Of a stretch of DNA of 40,363 nt, positions 9,578 through 18,477 are shown one piece after another (the stretch's first letter is position 1; each line of letters starts with the position of its first letter). The DNA is from Acaryochloridaceae cyanobacterium VAR_48_metabat_390 (lineage in GTDB: Bacteria > Cyanobacteriota > Cyanobacteriia > Thermosynechococcales > Thermosynechococcaceae), in assembly GCA_031422435.1 (NCBI GenBank), contig JANPLU010000007.1, positions 1 through 40,363 on the forward strand, written 5' to 3'. Both the position numbers and the translations under genes were made by a program. Under the pieces are notes generated by a model, which searched no databases, was not told where the DNA came from, and saw nothing but the letters and a program-made list of their open reading frames with translations.

Positions 9578-10114
9578 TTGCAAGGGATTTTAATTAGCGC
9601 AGCAGCCGTGATCATTTGCGTTGTTGCTTTAGTCGTTGTACAGCTAACCTCAAAACCCGCTGATGCCTTAGCATCGCCTTTAGCCGTCGCTTCCCCACCC
9701 ATAGAACGGGTAGTAGCAGCAGCAGCAGTACAACCTAACCCTACGGAAACACTAATAGCTATGACCGATTCAGATTATGTGACAACGCCTTCTGGCCTGA
9801 AGTATAAAGACCTTATGGAAGGTACAGGCGCTTCCCCAACCAAAGGACAGAACGTGACGGTGCACTACACCGGAACCCTTACCGATGGCACTAAATTTGA
9901 CAGCTCTCGCGATCGCGGTCAGCCGTTCTCTTTCCCCATTGGTGCAGGTCGTGTCATTAAGGGTTGGGATGAGGGCGTTGCCACAATGAAAATGGGCGGT
10001 CGCCGTGAGTTGGTGATTCCCCCTGAATTGGGCTATGGCGCACGGGGTGCGGGTGGGGTCATTCCGCCCAATGCAACGCTGGTGTTTGATGTTGAGTTGA
10101 TTTCGGCTCAGTAA
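9578..10114 (+). CDS. FKBP-type peptidyl-prolyl cis-trans isomerase with N-terminal hydrophobic leader
   Basis: [52 protein letters not shown]. Confidence 0.96.
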   Translation: MQGILISAAAVIICVVALVVVQLTSKPADALASPLAVASPPIERVVAAAAVQPNPTETLIAMTDSDYVTTPSGLKYKDLMEGTGASPTKGQNVTVHYTGTLTDGTKFDSSRDRGQPFSFPIGAGRVIKGWDEGVATMKMGGRRELVIPPELGYGARGAGGVIPPNATLVFDVELISAQ

Positions 10115-10140
10115 GTCAGATTGTTTGAATTTTGAAGGAG

Positions 10141-10167
10141 GGGGTGTGACGAAAGCACACCCCTTTT
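10141..10167 (+). terminator. Intrinsic terminator after the FKBP gene
   Basis: GGGGTGTG-ACGAAAG-CACACCCC followed by TTTT. Confidence 0.8.
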
Positions 10168-10196
10168 GTTTAGGCGTAAGCGACAGGATAAATGAG

Positions 10197-10898
10197 ATGG
10201 CGACACTTCCCGATACTCTTGAAATGGCGATCGCCCAATCCGTTGAGGCGACCAAGGCGGCTTTGGCGGCTGGACACACCCGGCTCCAGGTTGAAATTTT
10301 GTTCCCTGAACTCAAGCCCATGCCTGTAGTGCAGCAGTACCTGAGCCTATTTCCTGAACTGGGCACACACTTTAAGGTATTTTTTGCGGATGCTGGCGCT
10401 GCGGCCTTAGCCCGTCGAGATTGGGGTGAAACCTCCTACACCATCAAAGGGGTGAATGAGCCACTAGAGCCTGTGCAGCCAGAGGATGAAGCATTTGTAT
10501 TTGTCGCGCCAACCTCTGTTGAGGTGGGGACGGTCGAGAAAATTTGTGGGATGGCGGGCGATCGCCCCTGTATTTTGCTCAACCCCAAGCTTCAAGACGT
10601 GAGCATTGTGGGCATTGGCTACGCAGGGCGACAGCTCCGCGAACGATTTTTAGATTTGCTAGAGACGTGCTATTACCTGCGTCCCCTAGAGAAAGGCGCT
10701 GTGTTTCGAGCCTATCCTTCGGCTTGGCAGGTTTGGTGGGATGAGGCGGATGTGGCCTATCAGATGATTGCCGAAGAAGAGACGCGTCCAGTCGGCGATC
10801 GCCTCGACCAGATTTTGGCGCAGTTTTTACCCGCCCAAGCCAAGAAAACAGGAATACTGCAAGAAATGCAGCGGATGATGAGGGCGCTCACCCAGTAG
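10197..10898 (+). CDS. DUF1995 family protein
   Basis: RLQVEILFPEL, FFADAGAAALARRDW, LLNPKL.D...VGIG, YYLRPL, RAYPSAWQV; ATG 10197 preferred because the TTG 10125 start would run through the terminator. Confidence 0.85.
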   Translation: MATLPDTLEMAIAQSVEATKAALAAGHTRLQVEILFPELKPMPVVQQYLSLFPELGTHFKVFFADAGAAALARRDWGETSYTIKGVNEPLEPVQPEDEAFVFVAPTSVEVGTVEKICGMAGDRPCILLNPKLQDVSIVGIGYAGRQLRERFLDLLETCYYLRPLEKGAVFRAYPSAWQVWWDEADVAYQMIAEEETRPVGDRLDQILAQFLPAQAKKTGILQEMQRMMRALTQ

Positions 10899-10908
10899 TA
10901 TCTAGGGA

Positions 10909-11379
10909 ATGCTTAACCCGCCTCTGGTCATCATGACAGCGCACCAATACCTGTACGAAAAACTAGCCTTACATTGCGGCTATTTGGTCATTCCATTTAA
11001 GTGCGGCATGATTTCTGGGTCTGACCTGTATTCTTATCAGCTCCTGTGCGCTTTTGAGCGTCAGGGGCGTTTTCATAAGGCCGTTAACCCTACAGAAGAC
11101 TATGGGGGTTCTGTGGAGCGAGTGATGGCGATCGCCCAAACGTTTCTGGCACACCACTCAGATTTGCCCTCTGCAATAACCTATGTGCAGCAGCGCTACG
11201 TTTACAAAGGCAATCTCATTTTAATTTCCCAAATTGCAGGGAAGTATTTTTACGACCACTACTCGCCCAGTAGCCTCACCAATCTAGCGGCACCTCGGTT
11301 ATTCGAGGATGAAGCAGACTGCATCGCTTGGGTAAAGCAAGGCATTGACCGCATTCATCCTCATGTCTCGCAAGAATAA
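10909..11379 (+). CDS. Hypothetical protein (aromatic-rich; start may be ATG 10933)
   Basis: 156-aa ORF 10 nt downstream of the DUF1995 gene; no recognisable catalytic motif. Confidence 0.7.
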   Translation: MLNPPLVIMTAHQYLYEKLALHCGYLVIPFKCGMISGSDLYSYQLLCAFERQGRFHKAVNPTEDYGGSVERVMAIAQTFLAHHSDLPSAITYVQQRYVYKGNLILISQIAGKYFYDHYSPSSLTNLAAPRLFEDEADCIAWVKQGIDRIHPHVSQE

Positions 11380-11406
11380 GAGTATGCAAGGATAACCCTC
11401 ATGTAT

Positions 11407-11472
11407 GTAAGGGCGGGTTTAGCTGATACTGCGTTGGAAAATCCCAAATTTACTGGCAAAACCCGCATCTAT
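11407..11472. repeat. REP-like inverted repeat element between convergent genes
   Basis: GTAAGGGCGGGTTT...AAACCCGCATCTAT, a degenerate version of GTAGGGGCGGGTTT/AAACCCGCCCCTAC. Confidence 0.5.
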
Positions 11473-11497
11473 AAAACCTGGATGTTTATTTCCCTTT

Positions 11498-13312
11498 CTA
11501 AGACGGAATACTGCTGGTTCTTTTTTTGGTGTATTTGCCTTCTTTGCCGCGCCCTTCTTTAGGGGGCTTGTCCGTCTTGTCAGCTTTCTTTTCTTTAGGC
11601 TTACTGCCTGTGTCTGAGTCAGAGAATGGGCTAATTTGAAGCTGTTGACTGCAAACCCAGACCTGTTTGAGATGCTTAAAGACGTCCTTGGGCATACCGT
11701 CGGGAAGCGTTACCACGCTAAAGTCATCAAAGATTTGAATTTGATGAATATAGCGACTGTCTAGACCCGCCTCATTGGCGATCGCCCCCACAATATGCTT
11801 CGGCTGCACCCCATGCTCACGACCCACTTCAATGCGAAAGCGCTGCATGGGCAGGTCTGGTACGTCATCTTCGCTACCACGCCGCTTAACTCGGCCTTCG
11901 CCCTGTCGCTCTGGGCGCTCATGTCGTTCTGGTCGGTCATTGCGATCTCTGTCTTTGCTGCTGCTGCCTTTAGGCTGGTCGGCGATCGCCAATGCCTTAG
12001 GCGAAAGGGGACGCTCTTTTTGCACTAGAAAGGCTAATGCAGCGGCAATTTCGCTGAGGCTTAGATCTTGTTCTTCCTGATAGCGCGTAATTAGCTCCTC
12101 AAAAAAGAAGAGATCTTCAGATGCCATCGTGTCGGCAATAACTTTTTTGAATTGGGTAATCCGCCGATCCGAAATATCTTCAGAGCTGGGGAGCTGCATT
12201 GGCTCAATAGACTGACGGGTAGCACGCTCAATCGTCCGCAGCATTCGCCGCTCGCGGGGCGAGATAAACAAAATGGCGTTGCCCTTACGTCCCGCCCGTC
12301 CGGTGCGACCAATCCGGTGAATGTAGGTTTCGGTGTCGTAGGGGATGTCGTAGTTCACCACGTGGCTGATGCGCTCTACATCCAGTCCCCGTGCCGCCAC
12401 GTCTGTTGCTACCACAATATCTAAAGAGCCGCTTTTGAGCCGCTCCACAATTTTTTCTCGCACAGACTGCTTCACGTCGCCACTGAGCGCCGCGCAGGAG
12501 TAGCCCCGCGCCTCTAGCTTTTCCGATAGCTCATCAGTTGCTATTTTGGTGCGTACAAACACCAGCATTGCGTCAAAGTCCTCAATTTCCAGCATTCGGG
12601 TCAGGGCATCGAGCTTATTGACATCCGTGACCTGCCAGTAGCGCTGGCTGATGGTCGAAACCGTGGCGGTTTTGGACTGAATTTTAATTTCAACGGGCTG
12701 TCTAAGATGGCGCTGGGCAATGCGCTTAATGGCCTCTGGCATAGTGGCAGAAAACAAGGCCACCTGCTTTTCTGCTGGGGTGTGCTGTAGAATCTCGTCC
12801 ACGTCATCTATAAAACCCATGCGCAACATTTCATCGGCTTCGTCTAAAACCACCGTTGAGAGTGCGCTCAGCTTTAGGGTTTTACGACGGAGGTGATCTA
12901 AAATCCGTCCTGGTGTCCCAACCACCACATGCACCCCGCGCCGCAGTTGACGAAGCTGGGTATCCATACTTTGTCCGCCGTAAATCGGCACAATGTGAAA
13001 CCCTTTGAGGTGACGGGCATAGGTTTGCATAGCTTCAGCCACCTGGAGCGCTAGCTCCCGCGTGGGGGTTAAGACCAAAACCTGGGGCATATTGAGGTCT
13101 AGGTTCAGTCTGCTCAAGACGGGGAGCGCAAATGCGGCGGTTTTTCCGGTGCCCGTCTGTGCCTGCCCAAGCAGGTCGCGGCCTTCTAGCAGCGGCGGAA
13201 TGCTCTCGGCCTGGATGGGAGATGGAGACTCGTAGCCAATTTCTTCGATGGCCTGGAGGATTTGGGGGGCGATCGCCAACTGCGAAAACTGGGTAATACT
13301 GACTTGAGACAT
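11498..13312 (-). CDS. deaD: DEAD-box RNA helicase, DeaD/CsdA type with C-terminal DbpA-like RNA-binding domain
   Basis: Q motif, AQTGTGKT, PTRELA, DEADEML, SAT, ARGLD, HRIGRTGRAG; RFRIEVGREHGVQPKHIVGAIANE. Confidence 0.93.
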   Translation of the reverse strand: MSQVSITQFSQLAIAPQILQAIEEIGYESPSPIQAESIPPLLEGRDLLGQAQTGTGKTAAFALPVLSRLNLDLNMPQVLVLTPTRELALQVAEAMQTYARHLKGFHIVPIYGGQSMDTQLRQLRRGVHVVVGTPGRILDHLRRKTLKLSALSTVVLDEADEMLRMGFIDDVDEILQHTPAEKQVALFSATMPEAIKRIAQRHLRQPVEIKIQSKTATVSTISQRYWQVTDVNKLDALTRMLEIEDFDAMLVFVRTKIATDELSEKLEARGYSCAALSGDVKQSVREKIVERLKSGSLDIVVATDVAARGLDVERISHVVNYDIPYDTETYIHRIGRTGRAGRKGNAILFISPRERRMLRTIERATRQSIEPMQLPSSEDISDRRITQFKKVIADTMASEDLFFFEELITRYQEEQDLSLSEIAAALAFLVQKERPLSPKALAIADQPKGSSSKDRDRNDRPERHERPERQGEGRVKRRGSEDDVPDLPMQRFRIEVGREHGVQPKHIVGAIANEAGLDSRYIHQIQIFDDFSVVTLPDGMPKDVFKHLKQVWVCSQQLQISPFSDSDTGSKPKEKKADKTDKPPKEGRGKEGKYTKKRTSSIPS

Positions 13313-13513
13313 GCCTGAACCTACAAATGCTGGAAAATGCTGCGTTCAATCCGAGCCGTAACACCGACTCGGTTGAGAGATTGAGTGGTTGTTAGGCCAG
13401 TCCATCACTACGCCCACTATATCGGTATTTCTGATGACAGCGGTTTTTATCCCTGACCCGAATGGTTTCAGCAGCGGCTACCTTGATTGCAGCGGGCAGC
13501 ACCAACACCCCCT

Positions 13514-13558
13514 AAAAACAAGTCATCCAAAGCGTACTTTTGCTGCCTTGGATGACTT
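13514..13558 (-). terminator. Intrinsic terminator of the 13614-14000 gene
   Basis: Minus strand AAGTCATCCAAGGC-11 nt-GCTTTGGATGACTT then GTTTTT. Confidence 0.75.
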
Positions 13559-13613
13559 CACTTAACCCTTCAAGAGCGTGCCTTGCACCATTGACTCCCA
13601 TAAAAACAGGCTT

Positions 13614-14000
13614 TTACCAAAGGCCTCTTACTGGCTCAGAGTTACTCATGGTGCCTGCTGGAGCTTCATTATCCTGATTGCGGGCATCTGCACAGGTTTG
13701 AGCGGGCGCAGATACACTGACCTTAGGAACTGAAATATCAGGCGCTTCAGTATCGGGTGCAGGCACACCAACGCCTTCACGCAAGAGCTTACCAACATTG
13801 GGGACTAATCGGCTGACATTAGGAACCGATACCCCAACCCCTGGTGATGAGACCTTAACATCATCGCAGTTAACGGTTGGCCCATTTACGTTGATATCCG
13901 ACGACTGAGCCGTTTTAACAGGAACTGCGGAAGCACTAACTGCCCCCAAACATAAGAGCGCAACGCTAGAGGTGGTTAGAACACGAGATAAAAGTTTCAT
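13614..14000 (-). CDS. Hypothetical secreted Val/Pro/Ser-rich protein ending in PVRGLW
   Basis: Sec-type signal peptide with ASA cleavage site, low-complexity body, two mature Cys. Confidence 0.75.
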   Translation of the reverse strand: MKLLSRVLTTSSVALLCLGAVSASAVPVKTAQSSDINVNGPTVNCDDVKVSSPGVGVSVPNVSRLVPNVGKLLREGVGVPAPDTEAPDISVPKVSVSAPAQTCADARNQDNEAPAGTMSNSEPVRGLW

Positions 14001-14165
14001 TATTTGAGCTTCCTCACTTTCTTTATCATTTATCTTGAGTGTTTTTTGCCTAAAGCCCTTACCCCTTAGGACTCAACCTTAAGTCTGTTTTTATGTACCG
14101 TCAGAAATAGATTTGGAATCTGTTGTCGTTCTTTTGATCTGATTATCGTTATTTTTGCGGGTCAT

Positions 14166-15165
14166 TTAGAGTGACAGCTCTTGAAGATATCCGGTGAGTT
14201 CTACGTACAGCGGTTTGCATCTTGATAGGGGACAGTAGCAGCAGTGGGCAAACCAGTTACGCAAATGATTAGAATCCATTAAATCCATCGCTGTTTTGAT
14301 GAGGGTATCAACCATTTTCGAGGTTGTTGGCGAGAACTGTCGCAGGAAGGCTTTTAACTGTGACCACCAGTGTTCAATAGGGTTAAATTCTAGAGAGTAA
14401 GGAGACATGTACAAAACTCTCGCTCCAACGGCTTCAATCAAAGGTGCAATGGCTTTTACTTTGTGAGCCGCTAGATTATCCATCATGACTACGGCACCCT
14501 TCCAGAGTTGAGGTACAAGACATTTTGAGACATAGACCTTAAAAACAGCAGCATCCATAGAATCATCTATCGTCATGACAGCCAGTACCTTTGAGACACT
14601 AATCGCGCCAATGACGCTAACCTTGCTCCCCCAATAAAAGGGTTTGAAGTCATAGACTCCCTCTCCAGGGACAGCGCGGCCATGGGTTCTCATCAGTCCC
14701 AGTAAAACACCCATTTCACCAAGGAATACTAAGTCTTTAAGGTCTATCCCTCTCACCTGTGACCAATACTCTGCTCTCAGGAGTTGAACTCGCTCACTCA
14801 GGGCTTGGCTAGAGCGGAGCGTTTTTTTTGCGCGGCAAGCCTAATCGCTGGAATGTTCGGCACAGGGTGCTTTGGCTCACCCATAGCCCAGTCGCATCAA
14901 AGAGTAGCTCACAATATTCTGCTAATGTTGCATCGGTCTGGTTCTCGAAGATCGTCATTAACTGGTCTTTATGTTCCATCACGGTACTCACTGACCCGCC
15001 CTGCTTGCGGGGGACGAGATGACCTGCTGTGCGCTTCTGAATGACCCATCGCTCAACGCAGTTTTTGCTCACACCAAAGCGCTGAGCTACTTTTCGGAAG
15101 GAGCTATCTCCCTTTTCAATCGCACTGACAACCCGCTCTCGTAAGTCTATGGAATACGGCTTCAT
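14166..15165 (-). pseudogene. IS630 transposase split at an A8 run (HTH ORF 14809-15165, DDE ORF in the +1 frame ending at 14166); first catalytic Asp replaced by Gly
   Basis: MKPYSIDLRERVV HTH start; +1 frame continues KKTLRSSQALSERVQ...LVFLGEMG (family DE position)...VMMDNLAAHK...YSLEFNPIEHWWSQLK. Confidence 0.8.
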
Positions 15166-15217
15166 CTCTAACCTATTTTTAATGCTTTATTGTCCTCTAT
15201 TTGACTGCAAACCGCTG
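14208..15217 (-). mobile_element. IS630-family insertion sequence, 1010 bp
   Basis: 27-bp imperfect TIRs CAGCGGTTTGCATCTTGATAGGGGACA / CAGCGGTTTGCAGTCAAATAGAGGACA (first 12 identical, 21/27 overall); TA dinucleotides at 14206-14207 and 15218-15219; no HIP1 seen inside. Confidence 0.95.
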
Positions 15218-15382
15218 TAATGGCCTCCACCCACCAAATACTATTGCTAAAATAAAAATAAACCAAAAAGTCAACCACGCAAGTTTTTTTAGAAATTTCA
15301 TAGGGCTTTAATGTTTTTTAAGTCTGTACTTAGACTATTTGGATCAAAGTCTTGGCAAGAGCCCTGTCTGCCTAACTAAATT

Positions 15383-16207
15383 TTAGGCGGCAGACCGGCG
15401 GCTTACAATACCAGACCACTGCACTTGGCGGCGGCTGTCTCGACGGTAAGAGAAAAATCGTTCTGGGTCTTGGTAGGTGCAGTGAGGGGCGATCGCAATT
15501 TGTCCCTCTGCCAACCCCAACTGTTTCAACTGAATCGCATTTACTTGCCGCACATCAAGTCGAGCATGGCCTTCTTTTTCGTCTGCAAAAATAGGTGGTG
15601 TAGGATGCTGAATTAAAGACTGAACAATCTGCTCAGCGCTAGATTTTTGATCCTGAATATCTAGCGTTTCAAGGTCTAAAATGCTTTGACCCACTTCAGC
15701 CGCCACTGCGGTAGAAACTTGATAGACCTCTCCTGCGATCGCAGGTCCCATCGCAACGCGCAGGTCTTTAATTTTGCTGCCGTTGGCCTGTAGTTTGGCG
15801 ATCGCCATTGGCACAATCTTCGCTGCCGTACCGCGCCATCCGGCATGTACTGCTGCGACTTGGCCTGTTACTGCATCGGCAATGAGTACAGGGGTGCAGT
15901 CTGCGGAACAGACCCAGACCGCTTCGTGGGGGCGATCGCTATAGAGTCCATCTGCATCAGGAAACAGACCTTCTTCTCCTGCTAAAGGCTGAGGATGCTC
16001 AAGAATCTCGCTGGAGCTTAAAACTTGGTTGCCATGCACTTGCTTAACGCGAAATACCTTTGCCTCAGGATGAATGGCAACGGTGAGGTCTTGAGGGACT
16101 TGAGGCCAAGTTTGACGGGTAAAGAAGCCGTGAGGCCAAGGTTCTAGAAGGCTACAGGTCAGGTAGGTCGTTTCTTGCCAAGTTTGCCAAGTCCACGTTG
16201 ATGTCAT
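15383..16207 (-). CDS. pgeF: PgeF/YfiH family peptidoglycan editing factor / purine nucleoside phosphorylase (laccase-like fold)
   Basis: HGFFTR, QVHG, ADGL, SADCTPVL, VHAGWRG, MGPAI, FFSYRR. Confidence 0.93.
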   Translation of the reverse strand: MTSTWTWQTWQETTYLTCSLLEPWPHGFFTRQTWPQVPQDLTVAIHPEAKVFRVKQVHGNQVLSSSEILEHPQPLAGEEGLFPDADGLYSDRPHEAVWVCSADCTPVLIADAVTGQVAAVHAGWRGTAAKIVPMAIAKLQANGSKIKDLRVAMGPAIAGEVYQVSTAVAAEVGQSILDLETLDIQDQKSSAEQIVQSLIQHPTPPIFADEKEGHARLDVRQVNAIQLKQLGLAEGQIAIAPHCTYQDPERFFSYRRDSRRQVQWSGIVSRRSAA

Positions 16208-16310
16208 CTGTAATATATGCCCCCAGAGCCAAATATAACGCCTATAGTAGCGTGGCTGAACTTTTATCGAAACGCATAGGATGGGTTTGGTTAGGTCTGT
16301 CTTGAGTTTT

Positions 16311-17099
16311 CTATCCCCATTGCCATAATGATTGCAGTGTCTTGGTAGATGGGCGATCGCCTAACCCGAACTGCGCCAAAATAACCTGAATAATCACCTG
16401 CGCAAAGTGGCTCGGAAAGCGAAACCGCTCCTGAGCGTGATCTAAAAAGAAGGTGTTGTAGTATTTTCCCAAGCTTTTTTCGAGATTAGCAATGTCTTGC
16501 AGCAAAGGCTCCATCTCCCCTAAACGATGGGAATGCTCCTGCAACAGAACCTGCGCTGCATTCCGAAAATGCATCCCTTCATCCTGTACCAGATAGTGAC
16601 CCACCCGCTGCACCGCAGGCCCAAAATGAACGTAATATTCCCGTAAATCGTGTCGATAAGAATAGACCGAACTCATCTCATCAAACATCAGCGTTACAAG
16701 CATCGTAAATTCATCTCTTAAAACCCGTTCAATGGGCTGTGTTTCATGAACTCGCTCCTCAAAGCAACGATCCATTTCTGCATAGCTAACTCCTGCGATG
16801 CAGTGATAAGTTCGGCGCAGGGCTTCATAGTGCTTCAGCTCATCTGCTAGCCAGAGGTTCAACATCCTCAAAAAAGCATCCGACATTTCCCCTTTACGCG
16901 CCCAAATATAATCATAGAGCGCTTGGGCATCCCCTTCTGAGTAAACATCTCGCGCCAGTAAAACCCGAAAATCGTTCAGAACTGGAGCTGGAACTTTGTC
17001 AAAACATTCGGGGGCAATAACATGATTTAAGCCCATGACCTCATCGAGATCCCAAAGGTTTTGGCGGTGGCTGCGTTGATAGATAGCGGTTGCCTTCAT
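16311..17099 (-). CDS. Ferritin-like diiron-carboxylate protein
   Basis: E...ExxH...E...ExxH pattern: YSEGDA, WLADELKH, FDEMSS, QDEGMH. Confidence 0.75.
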   Translation of the reverse strand: MKATAIYQRSHRQNLWDLDEVMGLNHVIAPECFDKVPAPVLNDFRVLLARDVYSEGDAQALYDYIWARKGEMSDAFLRMLNLWLADELKHYEALRRTYHCIAGVSYAEMDRCFEERVHETQPIERVLRDEFTMLVTLMFDEMSSVYSYRHDLREYYVHFGPAVQRVGHYLVQDEGMHFRNAAQVLLQEHSHRLGEMEPLLQDIANLEKSLGKYYNTFFLDHAQERFRFPSHFAQVIIQVILAQFGLGDRPSTKTLQSLWQWG

Positions 17100-17124
17100 G
17101 AATCTATCTCAACTGGCAACAAAC

Positions 17125-18474
17125 TTAAGCTGGGTCTGAAATATAAAGGCCATCATCAGAAATAATGTGCGGAATAATGAGACAGTGACGACCGGTAATG
17201 CGAGAAGTATCGCCCCGTAAAATGATTCCGGCAGGTTCATCGTTAATGACCCAACTCCCTACCATGTAGTGGTAGCCAAAAGCTTGGGGCAGTTCAATGT
17301 ATTCCTGATGAATATACCCTTCCGTTCCATAGCCCATCGCATCTCGCTGTTCTAAAGCGCCCATCCCCATCTCAATGGAAAGGCCAACCCCCTCCATGCC
17401 GAGCAAGGGCTTCTTAACATGTATGTTTAGCATCAGCTTAGTCGCATCGGGGGACATATCATGGTCAAAGTAGGTGGCAAGTAAGTATTGCTGATAATCT
17501 GTGTTCTTAAACCGCTCCCACATTAGAGCCATTGCACCCTTATTAGAAAGCACCTGTTTCCACAGGGGTTCTAATACCTTCATGTCTCCTTTTTCTAGAC
17601 GCTGGGCTAGAGCTTTTGTACATCCTGCATTCGCCATATCATTTTGGATGTCTGACCAGTCATACATTTTCCAGAGTACCGGAATGCGATCATTGGCATG
17701 ATCGACAAAGTACCCGTCTTCATCTAGTCCTATTCCCCGCTGAATCAGATTTCCAGCATCATCTTTGAGGTCGCGTAGATAGACAATCTGCGTATAGATT
17801 TCAGGGTCAACTTCGTCGTGCAAAATTTGAACGAGCTGCATCGCCATTTCCAGATCTTCTTCTAGCCTTTCATCGACTAAAAATGAAATGCCCGTTTTCT
17901 TGATGGGGTAAGCTTCCGCAAGCCAGCGCCATTGTGCTGCAATCTGCTCCCAAAACTCACTAAACTGGCTGGCATCGCTCGGCAAGGGCAGTGTACTGTT
18001 TTGATAATTCCCATAATAATCGACGAACCAATTCCACTGATAAACCGTCTCTGCGCCCAAGAGAGGTGTCTCGCCATTAATTTCAATGAGCTTGATAGCG
18101 CCCGTTTCGTTCACAACGAGGTCAAATCGAGTCATGAGGGTTAAGTCTTCGTCAGGCTCCACTCGATCCCAACTTTGTTTAATGGCAGGCCAATATTCAG
18201 GCCGGATTTTCAGAAGGGCTAATCGCCGATCTACCGCGTCAGGGTTTTCGTCTGTAAAAAACCAGTCCAAAAACTCTACACACATAGTCCAGAGTTGCTC
18301 AGTCGCTTGAGCAATTGCCGTTTTCTCTTGGTGGTTAAACTGAATGATAAAGGGTTGCGGGAGCGCCTCAATCCAATATTTTTGCAGGGGATCGCTCAAA
18401 ACCTCGGACTGATAGGCATTCTCGCGGATATGCTGTTGCCACTGGGGTCGCCGCAGCACTGGTAGGGCTTTCAT
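17125..18474 (-). CDS. Glutathionylspermidine synthase-family ATP-grasp ligase, stand-alone YgiC/YjfC type (no amidase domain)
   Basis: RFDL, KLIEINGETP, KMYDW, EPLWKQVLSNKG, VKKPLLGMEG, YIHQEY, VGSW. Confidence 0.88.
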   Translation of the reverse strand: MKALPVLRRPQWQQHIRENAYQSEVLSDPLQKYWIEALPQPFIIQFNHQEKTAIAQATEQLWTMCVEFLDWFFTDENPDAVDRRLALLKIRPEYWPAIKQSWDRVEPDEDLTLMTRFDLVVNETGAIKLIEINGETPLLGAETVYQWNWFVDYYGNYQNSTLPLPSDASQFSEFWEQIAAQWRWLAEAYPIKKTGISFLVDERLEEDLEMAMQLVQILHDEVDPEIYTQIVYLRDLKDDAGNLIQRGIGLDEDGYFVDHANDRIPVLWKMYDWSDIQNDMANAGCTKALAQRLEKGDMKVLEPLWKQVLSNKGAMALMWERFKNTDYQQYLLATYFDHDMSPDATKLMLNIHVKKPLLGMEGVGLSIEMGMGALEQRDAMGYGTEGYIHQEYIELPQAFGYHYMVGSWVINDEPAGIILRGDTSRITGRHCLIIPHIISDDGLYISDPA

Positions 18475-18477
18475 ATC

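Noticed and set aside
15383..16207. pgeF as a seventh member of the amino-sugar/ligase cluster
   Set aside because: It is a widespread housekeeping gene separated by 103 nt, with room for its own promoter; co-orientation alone is insufficient.
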